Both the position numbers and the translations under genes were made by a program. The notes below the pieces were generated by a model. It worked only from the letters and a program-made list of their open reading frames with translations. It was not told the DNA's origin and made no database searches. Below are positions 19,322 through 27,937 of a stretch of 64,000 nucleotides of DNA, one piece after another. This stretch comes from Minisyncoccota bacterium. GTDB lineage: Bacteria; Patescibacteriota; Minisyncoccia; Phycocordibacterales; UBA1006. The stretch covers positions 467,714 through 531,713 of the forward strand of contig DASWYC010000002.1 of NCBI GenBank assembly GCA_036405175.1. Reading direction: 5' to 3'. Within the stretch, counting starts at the first letter, position 1; the number at the start of each line of letters is the position of its first letter.

Positions 19322-21298
19322 TTATTTATTGAGTTCAGCACGAGTCTTTGGCCCAACGATTCCGTCAGCTACCAATCCGTGTTGTTTTTGCCATGCTTTT
19401 ACTGCAGCACGCGTAAGCGGTCCAAAGATACCGTCAATCTTTCCTTTATAAAGATCTCCGAGTACTTTTTGAAGTTCAATCACTTCATCTCCAATTGATC
19501 CATAGCGGAGTGTCATAGTGAAGCGATATGAGCTTGCTCCCAAAACTTCTCCACCTGTTGTTGAACCTGTTGAAGATGATGCGGTTGTTCCGGTTGAGCT
19601 TGATGAGGTTCCTGATGTTGAAGAACCAGTATCAATTGCTCCACCTCCCCCGCCAGAAACCACTGCTGGTCCAGACAATGTAGTCATTCCAGCATCCGTC
19701 CAATAAGGAGTAGTACTGATGCTTCCAACATTTCCTGAGAAATCAGGATTTGCTGATCCCCAGTAGTTGCTTTGAACGTTAAGATTGTTTCCACTGTCAT
19801 TCTTTACCTTTGGAGTATCAAATGAGTTATTGGTTACGGTTACCTGTGCTGCGTTAGCAGATGTTCCATCCGCAACAGCTCCAGTTGAGTGACATGAGTC
19901 AATACTCAAGAGGAATGTGTCGCCAGTAGCGCTGGTAATGTTTGAGATAGTATTGTTAGTGATAACTACACTTACTGGAACAGTAGTATTTGCACAGGTT
20001 GGCGTAACTTCAATACCACGTGCCCATCCTTGTGAACCAATAGTATCAATTTTGTTTCCAGAAATAATTGCATCATTAATAACTCCTTGAATCATAACTC
20101 CGTATGACCCCTTGGTATTTGCGTTAACAATTGAAGAGATTACGTTGTTTGAAATAGTAGTGTTATTAAGTGTTGCACTGTCGCTGTATACATGAACTCC
20201 TTTTACGCTTACGCCATTCCATGAGGGATTGGTGATTGCAAGTCCAGATACAGTTACATCACTTGAAGTAATAAGAATTGCTCCGGTTACGGTAGCTTCG
20301 GGAAGACGTGAAGCGGTTCCAGCAAGCCCTTGGTTTGGACCAACAAGTTTTACTGATTTTGCAATAGCAACATCTTCAGCATATGAGCCAGCTTTAACAT
20401 TGATAGCTCCTCCCGCAATTACTGCATTGTATCCAGCGTTAATTGTAAGGAATGGGTTTTGCTGAGTTCCCTGATCGTAGTTAGCATCGCCGGTTGCTCC
20501 CGCTTCAACATATACGTTAGAAAGCGTAGGAGTTGCGAATGCTTTGTTGATGATAAGTGCATTGTTGTTAGCAGCAGAAATTCCTGCAACATCGGTATAA
20601 TTGTTGGTTCCTGCAGGAATAAATGCAAAGTCAACCGTGTTTCCTGATCCAGTGTTTCCGGTGATAGTAATATTTGCATCAGCAACAATTACCCATCCTT
20701 TGGTTCCCGATACGGTGTTGTTTGAGATAGTTCCGGTTGAAGCATCAAAGTATCCAGGTTGGCGGAAGTTAGCAATGGTGTTTCCGTCAATAAGGAATCC
20801 GGTAACACCCGGACTCATTACCACAACGCGTGATACATCAGGATCACCAATAACATATTGTCCGGTGAATGAGTTATTTGAAATAGTTGCGTTGTTAGCC
20901 TGAACACCAATCATGTGCTGACCAGTTTTGTCAGTCTTAGTGAAGGTAAGATCTTGGATCGTTACCCCAGCTGCAGTAATAGTGAAGAGTTGATTTGAAC
21001 CAGAGGTTTCAATTGCTCCACCATTCATTCCTTTAATAGTGATTACCTTGGTGATAGTAGTACCGGCAGTGAGGTTCTCAGTAGTTCCATCAAAAATAAT
21101 TGTGTCACCATCTACTGCTACAGTGTATGCATCAGCGAAGGTGTCAAATGGATCTGCTTGTGTTCCTGTTCCAGGAGCAACTGCAGGGGTACCAACATAC
21201 AAGTCGGTTGCAGCAAAAGTAGTTTTTGCAGACGAAGCAACAACAATAAATGTTGCAATGAGTGCAAAACCAAATGCTTTGAAAAGTTTAGCTGTCAT
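19322..21298 (-). CDS. secreted right-handed beta-helix repeat protein with Gly/Ser/Thr linker and C-terminal peptidoglycan-binding domain
   Basis: Signal peptide; many NNTISNN / ITNNTIS parallel beta-helix repeats; poly-G/S/T linker. C-terminal DEVIELQKVLGDLYKGKIDGIFGPLTRAAVKAWQKQHGL resembles PG_binding_1. Confidence 0.6.
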   Translation of the reverse strand: MTAKLFKAFGFALIATFIVVASSAKTTFAATDLYVGTPAVAPGTGTQADPFDTFADAYTVAVDGDTIIFDGTTENLTAGTTITKVITIKGMNGGAIETSGSNQLFTITAAGVTIQDLTFTKTDKTGQHMIGVQANNATISNNSFTGQYVIGDPDVSRVVVMSPGVTGFLIDGNTIANFRQPGYFDASTGTISNNTVSGTKGWVIVADANITITGNTGSGNTVDFAFIPAGTNNYTDVAGISAANNNALIINKAFATPTLSNVYVEAGATGDANYDQGTQQNPFLTINAGYNAVIAGGAINVKAGSYAEDVAIAKSVKLVGPNQGLAGTASRLPEATVTGAILITSSDVTVSGLAITNPSWNGVSVKGVHVYSDSATLNNTTISNNVISSIVNANTKGSYGVMIQGVINDAIISGNKIDTIGSQGWARGIEVTPTCANTTVPVSVVITNNTISNITSATGDTFLLSIDSCHSTGAVADGTSANAAQVTVTNNSFDTPKVKNDSGNNLNVQSNYWGSANPDFSGNVGSISTTPYWTDAGMTTLSGPAVVSGGGGGAIDTGSSTSGTSSSSTGTTASSSTGSTTGGEVLGASSYRFTMTLRYGSIGDEVIELQKVLGDLYKGKIDGIFGPLTRAAVKAWQKQHGLVADGIVGPKTRAELNK

Positions 21299-21497
21299 AA
21301 ATTATAGATTTAGGATTAAAAGTACGGACTACAATAAATAACCGTATGCGGTAGATATACTATAATTTACCACCCAAGGCACCTTGCGGAGTCTCGTTTT
21401 TGTGTTGAATTATATTATTTTTACCAAGAAATATGGTTATTTATTTGTTAACTGAAAGGTAACCCGTCCAGACTATCATGGAAGAGATCAAGAAAAG

Positions 21498-22181
21498 CTA
21501 AAGACTCGGAGGTTTGATTTTTAGCTTGTCTATTCTAGATTCAATATCCATATTGGTCTGATCTCGCCACATTTCATATAAAGTCAAAATTCCATTATAC
21601 AACTTTTCATCATCAGTGATTATAATTCGCTGAACTAGTAGAGATATAGTATTTTCTTCGACAGCTCTAACAAAAGCATATTTGAGGCAACTTATTATAT
21701 TATTCTCCTCGAGTTTTAACTCAATAACACGCAAAGAAAACTCTTCCAAGACGTTTAGCAGATTTAACTGAAAAGTATTTATTTCTCTCTCAAGTAATTG
21801 TGACTGAGCCTTAGCATTTTCCCATTCTCTTGCAAAGATTTCATCCAACGATTCTCTTCTCTTGAATCTTATTAGCTTAAATTTATAATCAGGAAACTTT
21901 ACTGGCACCTCTTTGACTAATTTATTATATTCGCTTAATACATTTTCTCTGAAAAAAGAAAGTATCTTAAAAATGGAATCCTGTTTATCTTTTTTCTGTA
22001 AGTACTGAAATTGTAGAACTGCAGTAAAAAATGAAACGGCTGCAACTATTGTTGCAATTTTTTCCAACACATCCAAAAGATATATATCCAAGAAAAGCGC
22101 TGAAATAAAAAAGATTCCTGATGCAATAAGCAGTATTGGCTTCTTCACCCTAAAAGCTAGTGCTATTTCCATTACTCTCAA
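21498..22181 (-). CDS. hypothetical membrane protein (two N-terminal TM helices + coiled-coil region), AT-rich
   Basis: 227-aa ORF in a markedly AT-rich segment next to tRNA-Asp. Confidence 0.4.
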   Translation of the reverse strand: MRVMEIALAFRVKKPILLIASGIFFISALFLDIYLLDVLEKIATIVAAVSFFTAVLQFQYLQKKDKQDSIFKILSFFRENVLSEYNKLVKEVPVKFPDYKFKLIRFKRRESLDEIFAREWENAKAQSQLLEREINTFQLNLLNVLEEFSLRVIELKLEENNIISCLKYAFVRAVEENTISLLVQRIIITDDEKLYNGILTLYEMWRDQTNMDIESRIDKLKIKPPSL

Positions 22182-22254
22182 TAATAAGATGAGTTACCTG
22201 AATATTCAATTTCATAAAGAAAAACCCTCTATTTCTAGGAGTTTTTCTTTGCTG

Positions 22255-22328
22255 CGCGGTGAATGGGACTTGAACCCACGACCCCTCGCGTGACAGGCGA
22301 GTGCTCTAACCAGCTGAGCTACCACCGC
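22255..22328 (-). tRNA. tRNA-Asp (anticodon GUC)
   Basis: Minus strand: GCGGTGG..., D-arm AGCTCAGCTGGTTAGAGC, anticodon loop CTGTCAC, T-arm GTGGG-TTCAAGT-CCCAT, discriminator G. Overlapping plus ORF 22263-22451 is spurious. Confidence 0.8.
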
Positions 22329-22501
22329 AGAATCTGTTTGATTTTCCGTAGTATTTTATTCCCTACAGATGGGAATACTATATCAAAAACTAGCTATTTT
22401 GACAACACGCTTTTATTTATTTGGCAAACAAAAAGCCAAGTTCTAATTTAATAGAATCTGGCTTTATTTAAAAAACATAATGTTGAATTGCCTATTCAGA
22501 C

Positions 22502-22696
22502 TTAAGGAATAGGGATGGGTTCTTTAAACTTAATATCTCCTTGCTCTGCTTTAATCGTGTAGGAATTCGACGAGTAACTTCCCTGTTTTTTAGAAGTATC
22601 CGGCTTGTTGGTAACTATTGCCGTATTCCTGCTCACAGAACAAGAACAAATGGCTATCAGCAACAAAAGAAGTATAGTGATTTTTATTTTCTTCAT
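22502..22696 (-). CDS. small putative lipoprotein
   Basis: 64 aa with a lipobox-like signal peptide (MKKIKITILLLLLIAICSCS); last gene of the efflux operon. Confidence 0.35.
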   Translation of the reverse strand: MKKIKITILLLLLIAICSCSVSRNTAIVTNKPDTSKKQGSYSSNSYTIKAEQGDIKFKEPIPIP

Positions 22697-22775
22697 CTAT
22701 TCTAATTTGGTTAAATTGCAATTTAATTTCTTAAGTATTAGATCAATTTATTACAGAAAAGTCAATCTTTGCAGG

Positions 22776-23450
22776 CTATTTGTTCACCACCTTCCCATCA
22801 GAAACCTTAATAATGCGATTTGCTCGCTTTCCGTACTCTTCTTCGTGTGTCACCATCACGATCGTTTGCCCATGTTTATGAAGCTCCTCAAAAAGTTCAA
22901 TAACCTGATTTCCAGAATATGAATCAAGGTTTGCGGTTGGTTCATCGGCAAATAAAATCTCCGGCTCACCGGCAATTGAACGTGCAATTGATACGCGCTG
23001 CTGTTCTCCTCCGGAAAGTTCACGCGGAAGATTATGTAATCTATGACCTAATCCAATTTTTTCCAAGACTTCTTGTGATTTAGTTTCTGCATGACTTGCA
23101 CTCATGCCACGCGCCAAAAATGGGACCATGCAATTTTCTATGGCGGTTAAGTCTGGCAACAATGCATAATCTTGAAATACATATCCCAAATTATTCAAAC
23201 GGAATTTAGTGCGCTCATATTCATCCAAATCATCAACGCGCTTACCAATTAAGTGAATCTCTCCGCTGGTTGGTCTATCCAAAAGCGACAATTGGTACAA
23301 AAGCGTAGACTTTCCTGCTCCAGAACGTCCCATAATTGCTACAAACTCTCCCTCTTTAATTTCAATATCCAACCCTTTAAGAACATGAGTTTCAAGTCCA
23401 TCTTTCTCATAGGTTTTTATGATATTTTTTGCTTCAATGATATTTTTCAT
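22776..23450 (-). CDS. ABC transporter ATP-binding protein (MacB/LolD-like)
   Basis: Walker [12 protein letters not shown], signature [14 protein letters not shown], Walker B ILFADEPT. Confidence 0.85.
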   Translation of the reverse strand: MKNIIEAKNIIKTYEKDGLETHVLKGLDIEIKEGEFVAIMGRSGAGKSTLLYQLSLLDRPTSGEIHLIGKRVDDLDEYERTKFRLNNLGYVFQDYALLPDLTAIENCMVPFLARGMSASHAETKSQEVLEKIGLGHRLHNLPRELSGGEQQRVSIARSIAGEPEILFADEPTANLDSYSGNQVIELFEELHKHGQTIVMVTHEEEYGKRANRIIKVSDGKVVNK

Positions 23451-23451
23451 A

Positions 23452-24741
23452 TTACGATCTTCCTAAAATACTTTCTAGGGTTGGCTTGCGGGAAATCTTA
23501 CGAGCCGGAAGATATCCAGCCAAGGCGGTCAACATGATAATAAGGATTCCCTTAAATACCGTCTGCCCAAGCGGTGCTGACATAATCCCATCGCTAAACG
23601 GAAAGTTAAGCGGATGGGCGTTAAAGAATGGTACCAATAATCCGTAAATGATTCCAAATCCGAACACTACCCCAATGATTGAATACACCACCGCCTGAAA
23701 TACTGATGCAATTTCTACTGACGTATGATTTACTCCAACAGCCTTCAAAAATCCAATAAACTTTCTGCGTGCCACGGTGTTAATGTAGATGATAATAAAT
23801 ACAGTCACTGATGATACCAAGAGTCCAATGAATCCAATAATTGCACCCAACACCGAGAACGCCATTCTAATCTGCAACAAGAAATCCGGGATTGCTTCTG
23901 CTGCGGTTTTAATGTTAGCAAATTGATCAAATCCAAGTGCCATTAACTTTCCTTTAAGTTGATCGTCGGTAATTAAACTATCATGCTTGATGGCAATTTC
24001 ATTTCCACTCAAATCAGGGCGCGGTGCAAGATCAAAAAAATCCTGTTCATTCACAAATGCTCTGATTGAAACTTCTGCAACTTTTGTTTTTATAATTCCT
24101 TTTACGGTAAATTCTTTTTGCGCACCATTCACTTCAATACGCACACGGTCGCCAGGATACACATCACCCAAAGAATCAAAGTCTTCTCCAAATCCTGATG
24201 AGTAACGGCCAAATAAATTAGCTCCCAACAATACATATCCGCGATCCTGCGGTGTAAGCATTTCTCCTTCAACAATAAATCGTGAAAGCCCTGACACACG
24301 CTCTTCATCCATCACATTAATCCCCGTGAGTTGTGTTCCGGCATTGTCTTCTTTAGCTTCAAAATCCCGACGCGACACATAATTCCCCACCACATTTGCC
24401 ATGGTAATATATCGCTGTGTTGAGGCGGTCACGCCCGGAATAGTATCAACCGACTTTTTAATAGTTTGCCCATTTTCAATTGCATTTTTACCCGGGAAAT
24501 TTTTAATAATCACCCCTCCGGTAAACTGATCCTTGTTGGCAATATTTCCTCCCTCAATAAGTCCCACCAAAATTCCTGAAATTCCAACTAATGACAAAAA
24601 CGTAAGTGTCATGATAACAATCATTAAAACAGTGGTGCTTTTTGGTGCACGTAATAGCTGACGTTTGCCTAAAAAGAATCCTACGCGCAATGTCTCTTTT
24701 CCAATGAGCGCCATACTAGTTTTCTGCCTCTGGAATTCCAA
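23452..24741 (-). CDS. ABC transporter permease, FtsX/MacB-like
   Basis: N-terminal TM, large periplasmic domain, C-terminal 3-TM FtsX-like module; stop overlaps the ATPase start. Confidence 0.8.
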   Translation of the reverse strand: MEFQRQKTSMALIGKETLRVGFFLGKRQLLRAPKSTTVLMIVIMTLTFLSLVGISGILVGLIEGGNIANKDQFTGGVIIKNFPGKNAIENGQTIKKSVDTIPGVTASTQRYITMANVVGNYVSRRDFEAKEDNAGTQLTGINVMDEERVSGLSRFIVEGEMLTPQDRGYVLLGANLFGRYSSGFGEDFDSLGDVYPGDRVRIEVNGAQKEFTVKGIIKTKVAEVSIRAFVNEQDFFDLAPRPDLSGNEIAIKHDSLITDDQLKGKLMALGFDQFANIKTAAEAIPDFLLQIRMAFSVLGAIIGFIGLLVSSVTVFIIIYINTVARRKFIGFLKAVGVNHTSVEIASVFQAVVYSIIGVVFGFGIIYGLLVPFFNAHPLNFPFSDGIMSAPLGQTVFKGILIIMLTALAGYLPARKISRKPTLESILGRS

Positions 24742-26302
24742 TTACGTCACCCGCTTGAATACCGGTGCGGATTTCAACATACCCATCATCAGAAACACGT
24801 CCGATAGTTACGTCAGATGCTTCTACCTCTTCGCCTTTTATTTTGTATACATGATTAGTATTTTTCTTAGCGTCATAAATTACCGCGTCTTTTTTAACTG
24901 CCAATACATCCGGAATTGAAACGGGAATATATACCGATGCGGTAAGTCCTGGACGAAGTGTCATACCTTCAATTGGCTGAAGTTGTGCCGTTACCTGATA
25001 CACACGCGTTCCATCAATTACGGAATCAGCCAATTCAACGTGAGAAATGGTTCCCTTATATGCAGTTCCCGGCAAAGCATCATATCTAATTTCAACCTCC
25101 TGCCCTTCTTTAATAAAGAAGATGTCAGTTTCTGGAACTTGGATTTTTACTACATACACATCATTAGAAACAAGACGGAGTCCGCTTTCGGTTGATGATG
25201 CAAACTCACCAAGTTTATAGTTGAGGCTTGCAATCACCCCATCAAACGGTGCGCGCATGATTGATGATGAAATTTGTGAGATTACCTGAGAGAGTCCACT
25301 CTGTGACATTTGAAGTGATGCGCGAGAAATTGCAACATCTTCTGCACGAGCTCCACTTACTACACTTTTATTCTTAAGATCTTCAGTAGTTGCTCTCAGG
25401 CGTGCTTCTGCAACAGCAATATCTTTATCTTTTACGAGCTGATTATATGCAGCAAGATTACGTGAGTATGATGTTCCCTTTTTGTTTGGCACTTCAACAA
25501 TCCATTTAGTATTTCCATAATTATCGCCCTTAGTAAATGTTATATAGATTCCTCGTGTTCCAACTTTTACTGGCACCCCAAATGCAATTTCTGATGCACC
25601 GTTTTCCAACCCTGAGTATTCAAGAGAAATTCCTGATCCTGCAGTTGAAGGATATACGATCAATACATACCGTCCCTCTACTGAAGACAAATACGTTCCA
25701 CTCACTTTTGGAGGTGTTTGACTGAATGAAAGATTCTCGGGTGTTGCATCAAGATCTGATGAATAGAGTGTGGTTCGAGCGTCAGCAATCAAGCTGTCAT
25801 ACTTTGCAATAGTTTGCTCAACATTAAGTGCGGCGGTTGCACTTGCCTGGCCTTGGATGGCTCTATCTTCAGCACGATCACCACTTACTACTTTTTGATA
25901 TTGTGCTTGAGAAGATGATACTTCTGCCGCAGAACGCGCCCGCGATGCTTCAAGTTCACTGGTATCAAGTGACACCAATATTTGCCCCTTCTTAACAAAA
26001 TCTCCTTCTTTAACATTCACCGACTTTACCAATCCTGAGCGACTAAATGCCAACTGAGAATCGTTCTCTGCTTCTACGCGTCCCAAGAATCTAAGGTTCT
26101 GAACAATAGTTCGCTGTTGTACCGGCTCTTTGGCTACAAAATATGGATTTTTACTGCCCCCACCGATAGCAAGAATGAGTGCAATTACTACACAAACAAC
26201 CGAAGCAGCAATTACCCCAACTTTATTACGAGCAAAAAACCCTTTTACAGCGCCTTTTTTGATGTGCGGAATTTTTAGATTATTTTTCATGTTGGTTTTC
26301 AT
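24716..26302 (-). CDS. HlyD/MacA-like periplasmic adaptor (membrane fusion protein)
   Basis: N-terminal TM, long coiled-coil hairpin, beta-barrel/lipoyl-like segments; overlaps the permease start. Confidence 0.7.
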   Translation of the reverse strand: MKTNMKNNLKIPHIKKGAVKGFFARNKVGVIAASVVCVVIALILAIGGGSKNPYFVAKEPVQQRTIVQNLRFLGRVEAENDSQLAFSRSGLVKSVNVKEGDFVKKGQILVSLDTSELEASRARSAAEVSSSQAQYQKVVSGDRAEDRAIQGQASATAALNVEQTIAKYDSLIADARTTLYSSDLDATPENLSFSQTPPKVSGTYLSSVEGRYVLIVYPSTAGSGISLEYSGLENGASEIAFGVPVKVGTRGIYITFTKGDNYGNTKWIVEVPNKKGTSYSRNLAAYNQLVKDKDIAVAEARLRATTEDLKNKSVVSGARAEDVAISRASLQMSQSGLSQVISQISSSIMRAPFDGVIASLNYKLGEFASSTESGLRLVSNDVYVVKIQVPETDIFFIKEGQEVEIRYDALPGTAYKGTISHVELADSVIDGTRVYQVTAQLQPIEGMTLRPGLTASVYIPVSIPDVLAVKKDAVIYDAKKNTNHVYKIKGEEVEASDVTIGRVSDDGYVEIRTGIQAGDVIGIPEAEN

Positions 26303-27170
26303 AATACTTGGTTAAGACATTTTTATCAATACACACCAAATCAGTCGCTTCTTCTTTAAGACGCTTGGCAATTTCTGGCGGAATACCAAAATCTTGTGAA
26401 AGCTTTCGCTCTTCAATCATGCTCAAATCTTTAGCCAAAATGATATTATGTGATACTAGTTTTTCAAGCTCAAACATTGAAAGTGATGGCAAGACCGTTA
26501 CCGGATACATGCATTCTTCAACGATCATTTCTTCAAGCCCTGCCCCATCTGGATAACTCCATCCAATTAAACGCACACCAGAATATTCAGAATACTTGAC
26601 GGCATGCGTGGTGAACTTTGTATTCGTTACGAGCCACATTTCATACTGCACTCCAGGCTTAATGAGTCCCTTCTTCTCCATTTCTTTAAAAATATCTTCA
26701 CGACGAGCATGTGCATACATAGCTACATCAAGATGTGTTTTGTATCCGTATTCTTTATGAAACTTTGCTTCAACAAACACAATTAAATTATTATGCTCAG
26801 CAACAATGTCGATCTCATGTTCAATACCAGAAACACCGCGTACTAATTGATTGGTCTTTGTTTCAAATCCGTATGATCGAAGGATTGCCGCAACATATTG
26901 TTCAAACGGGAATCCCGTTGGGCCAAGTGCCGACACCGCACGACGCAAACTATAGCGAGCGGACGCTGCAAGCTTATGTTCGCTTAAAAGAGAAAGTGTT
27001 GTACGCCAGATTTTTTTAGTAGTAGTTTCAACATCAAGCCGTTCAATTGCACGCACCAGGATTTCCTGTGCTGCTTCCTCGGGCACCCCAGAATCAATCA
27101 AAGATTTTTCAAGCTTCTTTGCATCAAAATTCTCAACTGTTCCATCAGACTTAATGACTGTTTTCACCAT
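26280..27170 (-). CDS. ATP-cone domain protein fused to PD-(D/E)xK (Mrr-cat-like) restriction-endonuclease-like domain
   Basis: N-terminal IKSDGTVENFDAKKLEKSL matches the ATP-cone. Central IEHEIDIVAE...IVFVEAKF fits the D-(D/E)xK nuclease core. The 3' end overlaps the adaptor gene start by 23 nt. Confidence 0.55.
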   Translation of the reverse strand: MVKTVIKSDGTVENFDAKKLEKSLIDSGVPEEAAQEILVRAIERLDVETTTKKIWRTTLSLLSEHKLAASARYSLRRAVSALGPTGFPFEQYVAAILRSYGFETKTNQLVRGVSGIEHEIDIVAEHNNLIVFVEAKFHKEYGYKTHLDVAMYAHARREDIFKEMEKKGLIKPGVQYEMWLVTNTKFTTHAVKYSEYSGVRLIGWSYPDGAGLEEMIVEECMYPVTVLPSLSMFELEKLVSHNIILAKDLSMIEERKLSQDFGIPPEIAKRLKEEATDLVCIDKNVLTKYYENQHEK

Positions 27171-27225
27171 ACGTTACTGGATAATTGTACCATACGCCGC
27201 TCCTTTGTGCGGTATAATTATAAGT

Positions 27226-27903
27226 ATGAATTCACCGGAAAATATGCTCATGGGCGAACTCTTGGCAGCTCACAACAACATCCTTCACCCAGAACATAAC
27301 TATTATCTTGATCTCATTACGCGTGAACTAAGCTTTAGCGGTGAGCTATTGAGCCGCTATCCTTCTACTATTTCTGCTTTTGGTTCTGCGCGCACGGCGT
27401 TTGATGCCGAGCACTATGCGCAAGCAGAAGCATTAGGAGCAGTTGTAGCTAAGCATGGATATACAGCGCTTACCGGTGGTGGTCCGGGGATTATGGAGGC
27501 ATTTTCAAAAGGTGCGTACACTAACAATGGAACTACCATTGGGTTTTCAATCAAACTTCCTAATGAACAAGCATCAAATGATTACCTTACCCACAATATT
27601 ACGTTCAATTATTTCTTCACCCGTAAATATGCATTGATTGCGCATTCACATTTGCTTTTGTATTTCCCTGGCGGCTATGGAACACTTGATGAAATGTTTG
27701 AAGCATTTACTTTGATTCAAACGCGCAAGTTTGATCATAAGGAAGTGGTATTAGTGAACCGTGCATTTTGGGAACCACTCGTGACATTTATTAATGATCG
27801 ACTCAAAGGACAAGATGCGTACATTTCACCTTTTGATGATGAATTCTTCCGCATCATTGATACCCCAGAAGAACTTGAGGCTATTTTAGAACTCTACCGA
27901 TAA
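27226..27903 (+). CDS. LOG family (TIGR00730) Rossmann-fold nucleotide-binding protein
   Basis: LTGGGPGIMEA and PGGYGTLDE motifs. TATAAT at 27213-27218 lies 7 nt before ATG 27226; the ORF track's upstream start is less likely. Confidence 0.8.
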   Translation: MNSPENMLMGELLAAHNNILHPEHNYYLDLITRELSFSGELLSRYPSTISAFGSARTAFDAEHYAQAEALGAVVAKHGYTALTGGGPGIMEAFSKGAYTNNGTTIGFSIKLPNEQASNDYLTHNITFNYFFTRKYALIAHSHLLLYFPGGYGTLDEMFEAFTLIQTRKFDHKEVVLVNRAFWEPLVTFINDRLKGQDAYISPFDDEFFRIIDTPEELEAILELYR

Positions 27904-27904
27904 A

Positions 27905-27932
27905 TTAAAACCTCTCAATTGAGAGGTTTTAA
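27905..27932. terminator. bidirectional hairpin terminator
   Basis: AAAACCTCTCAATTGAGAGGTTTT palindrome between convergent LOG and secA. Confidence 0.7.
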
Positions 27933-27937
27933 TTTAT

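Noticed and set aside
22263-22451. 62-aa plus ORF
   Set aside because: Overlaps tRNA-Asp on the opposite strand and an imperfect terminator hairpin; no coding signal.
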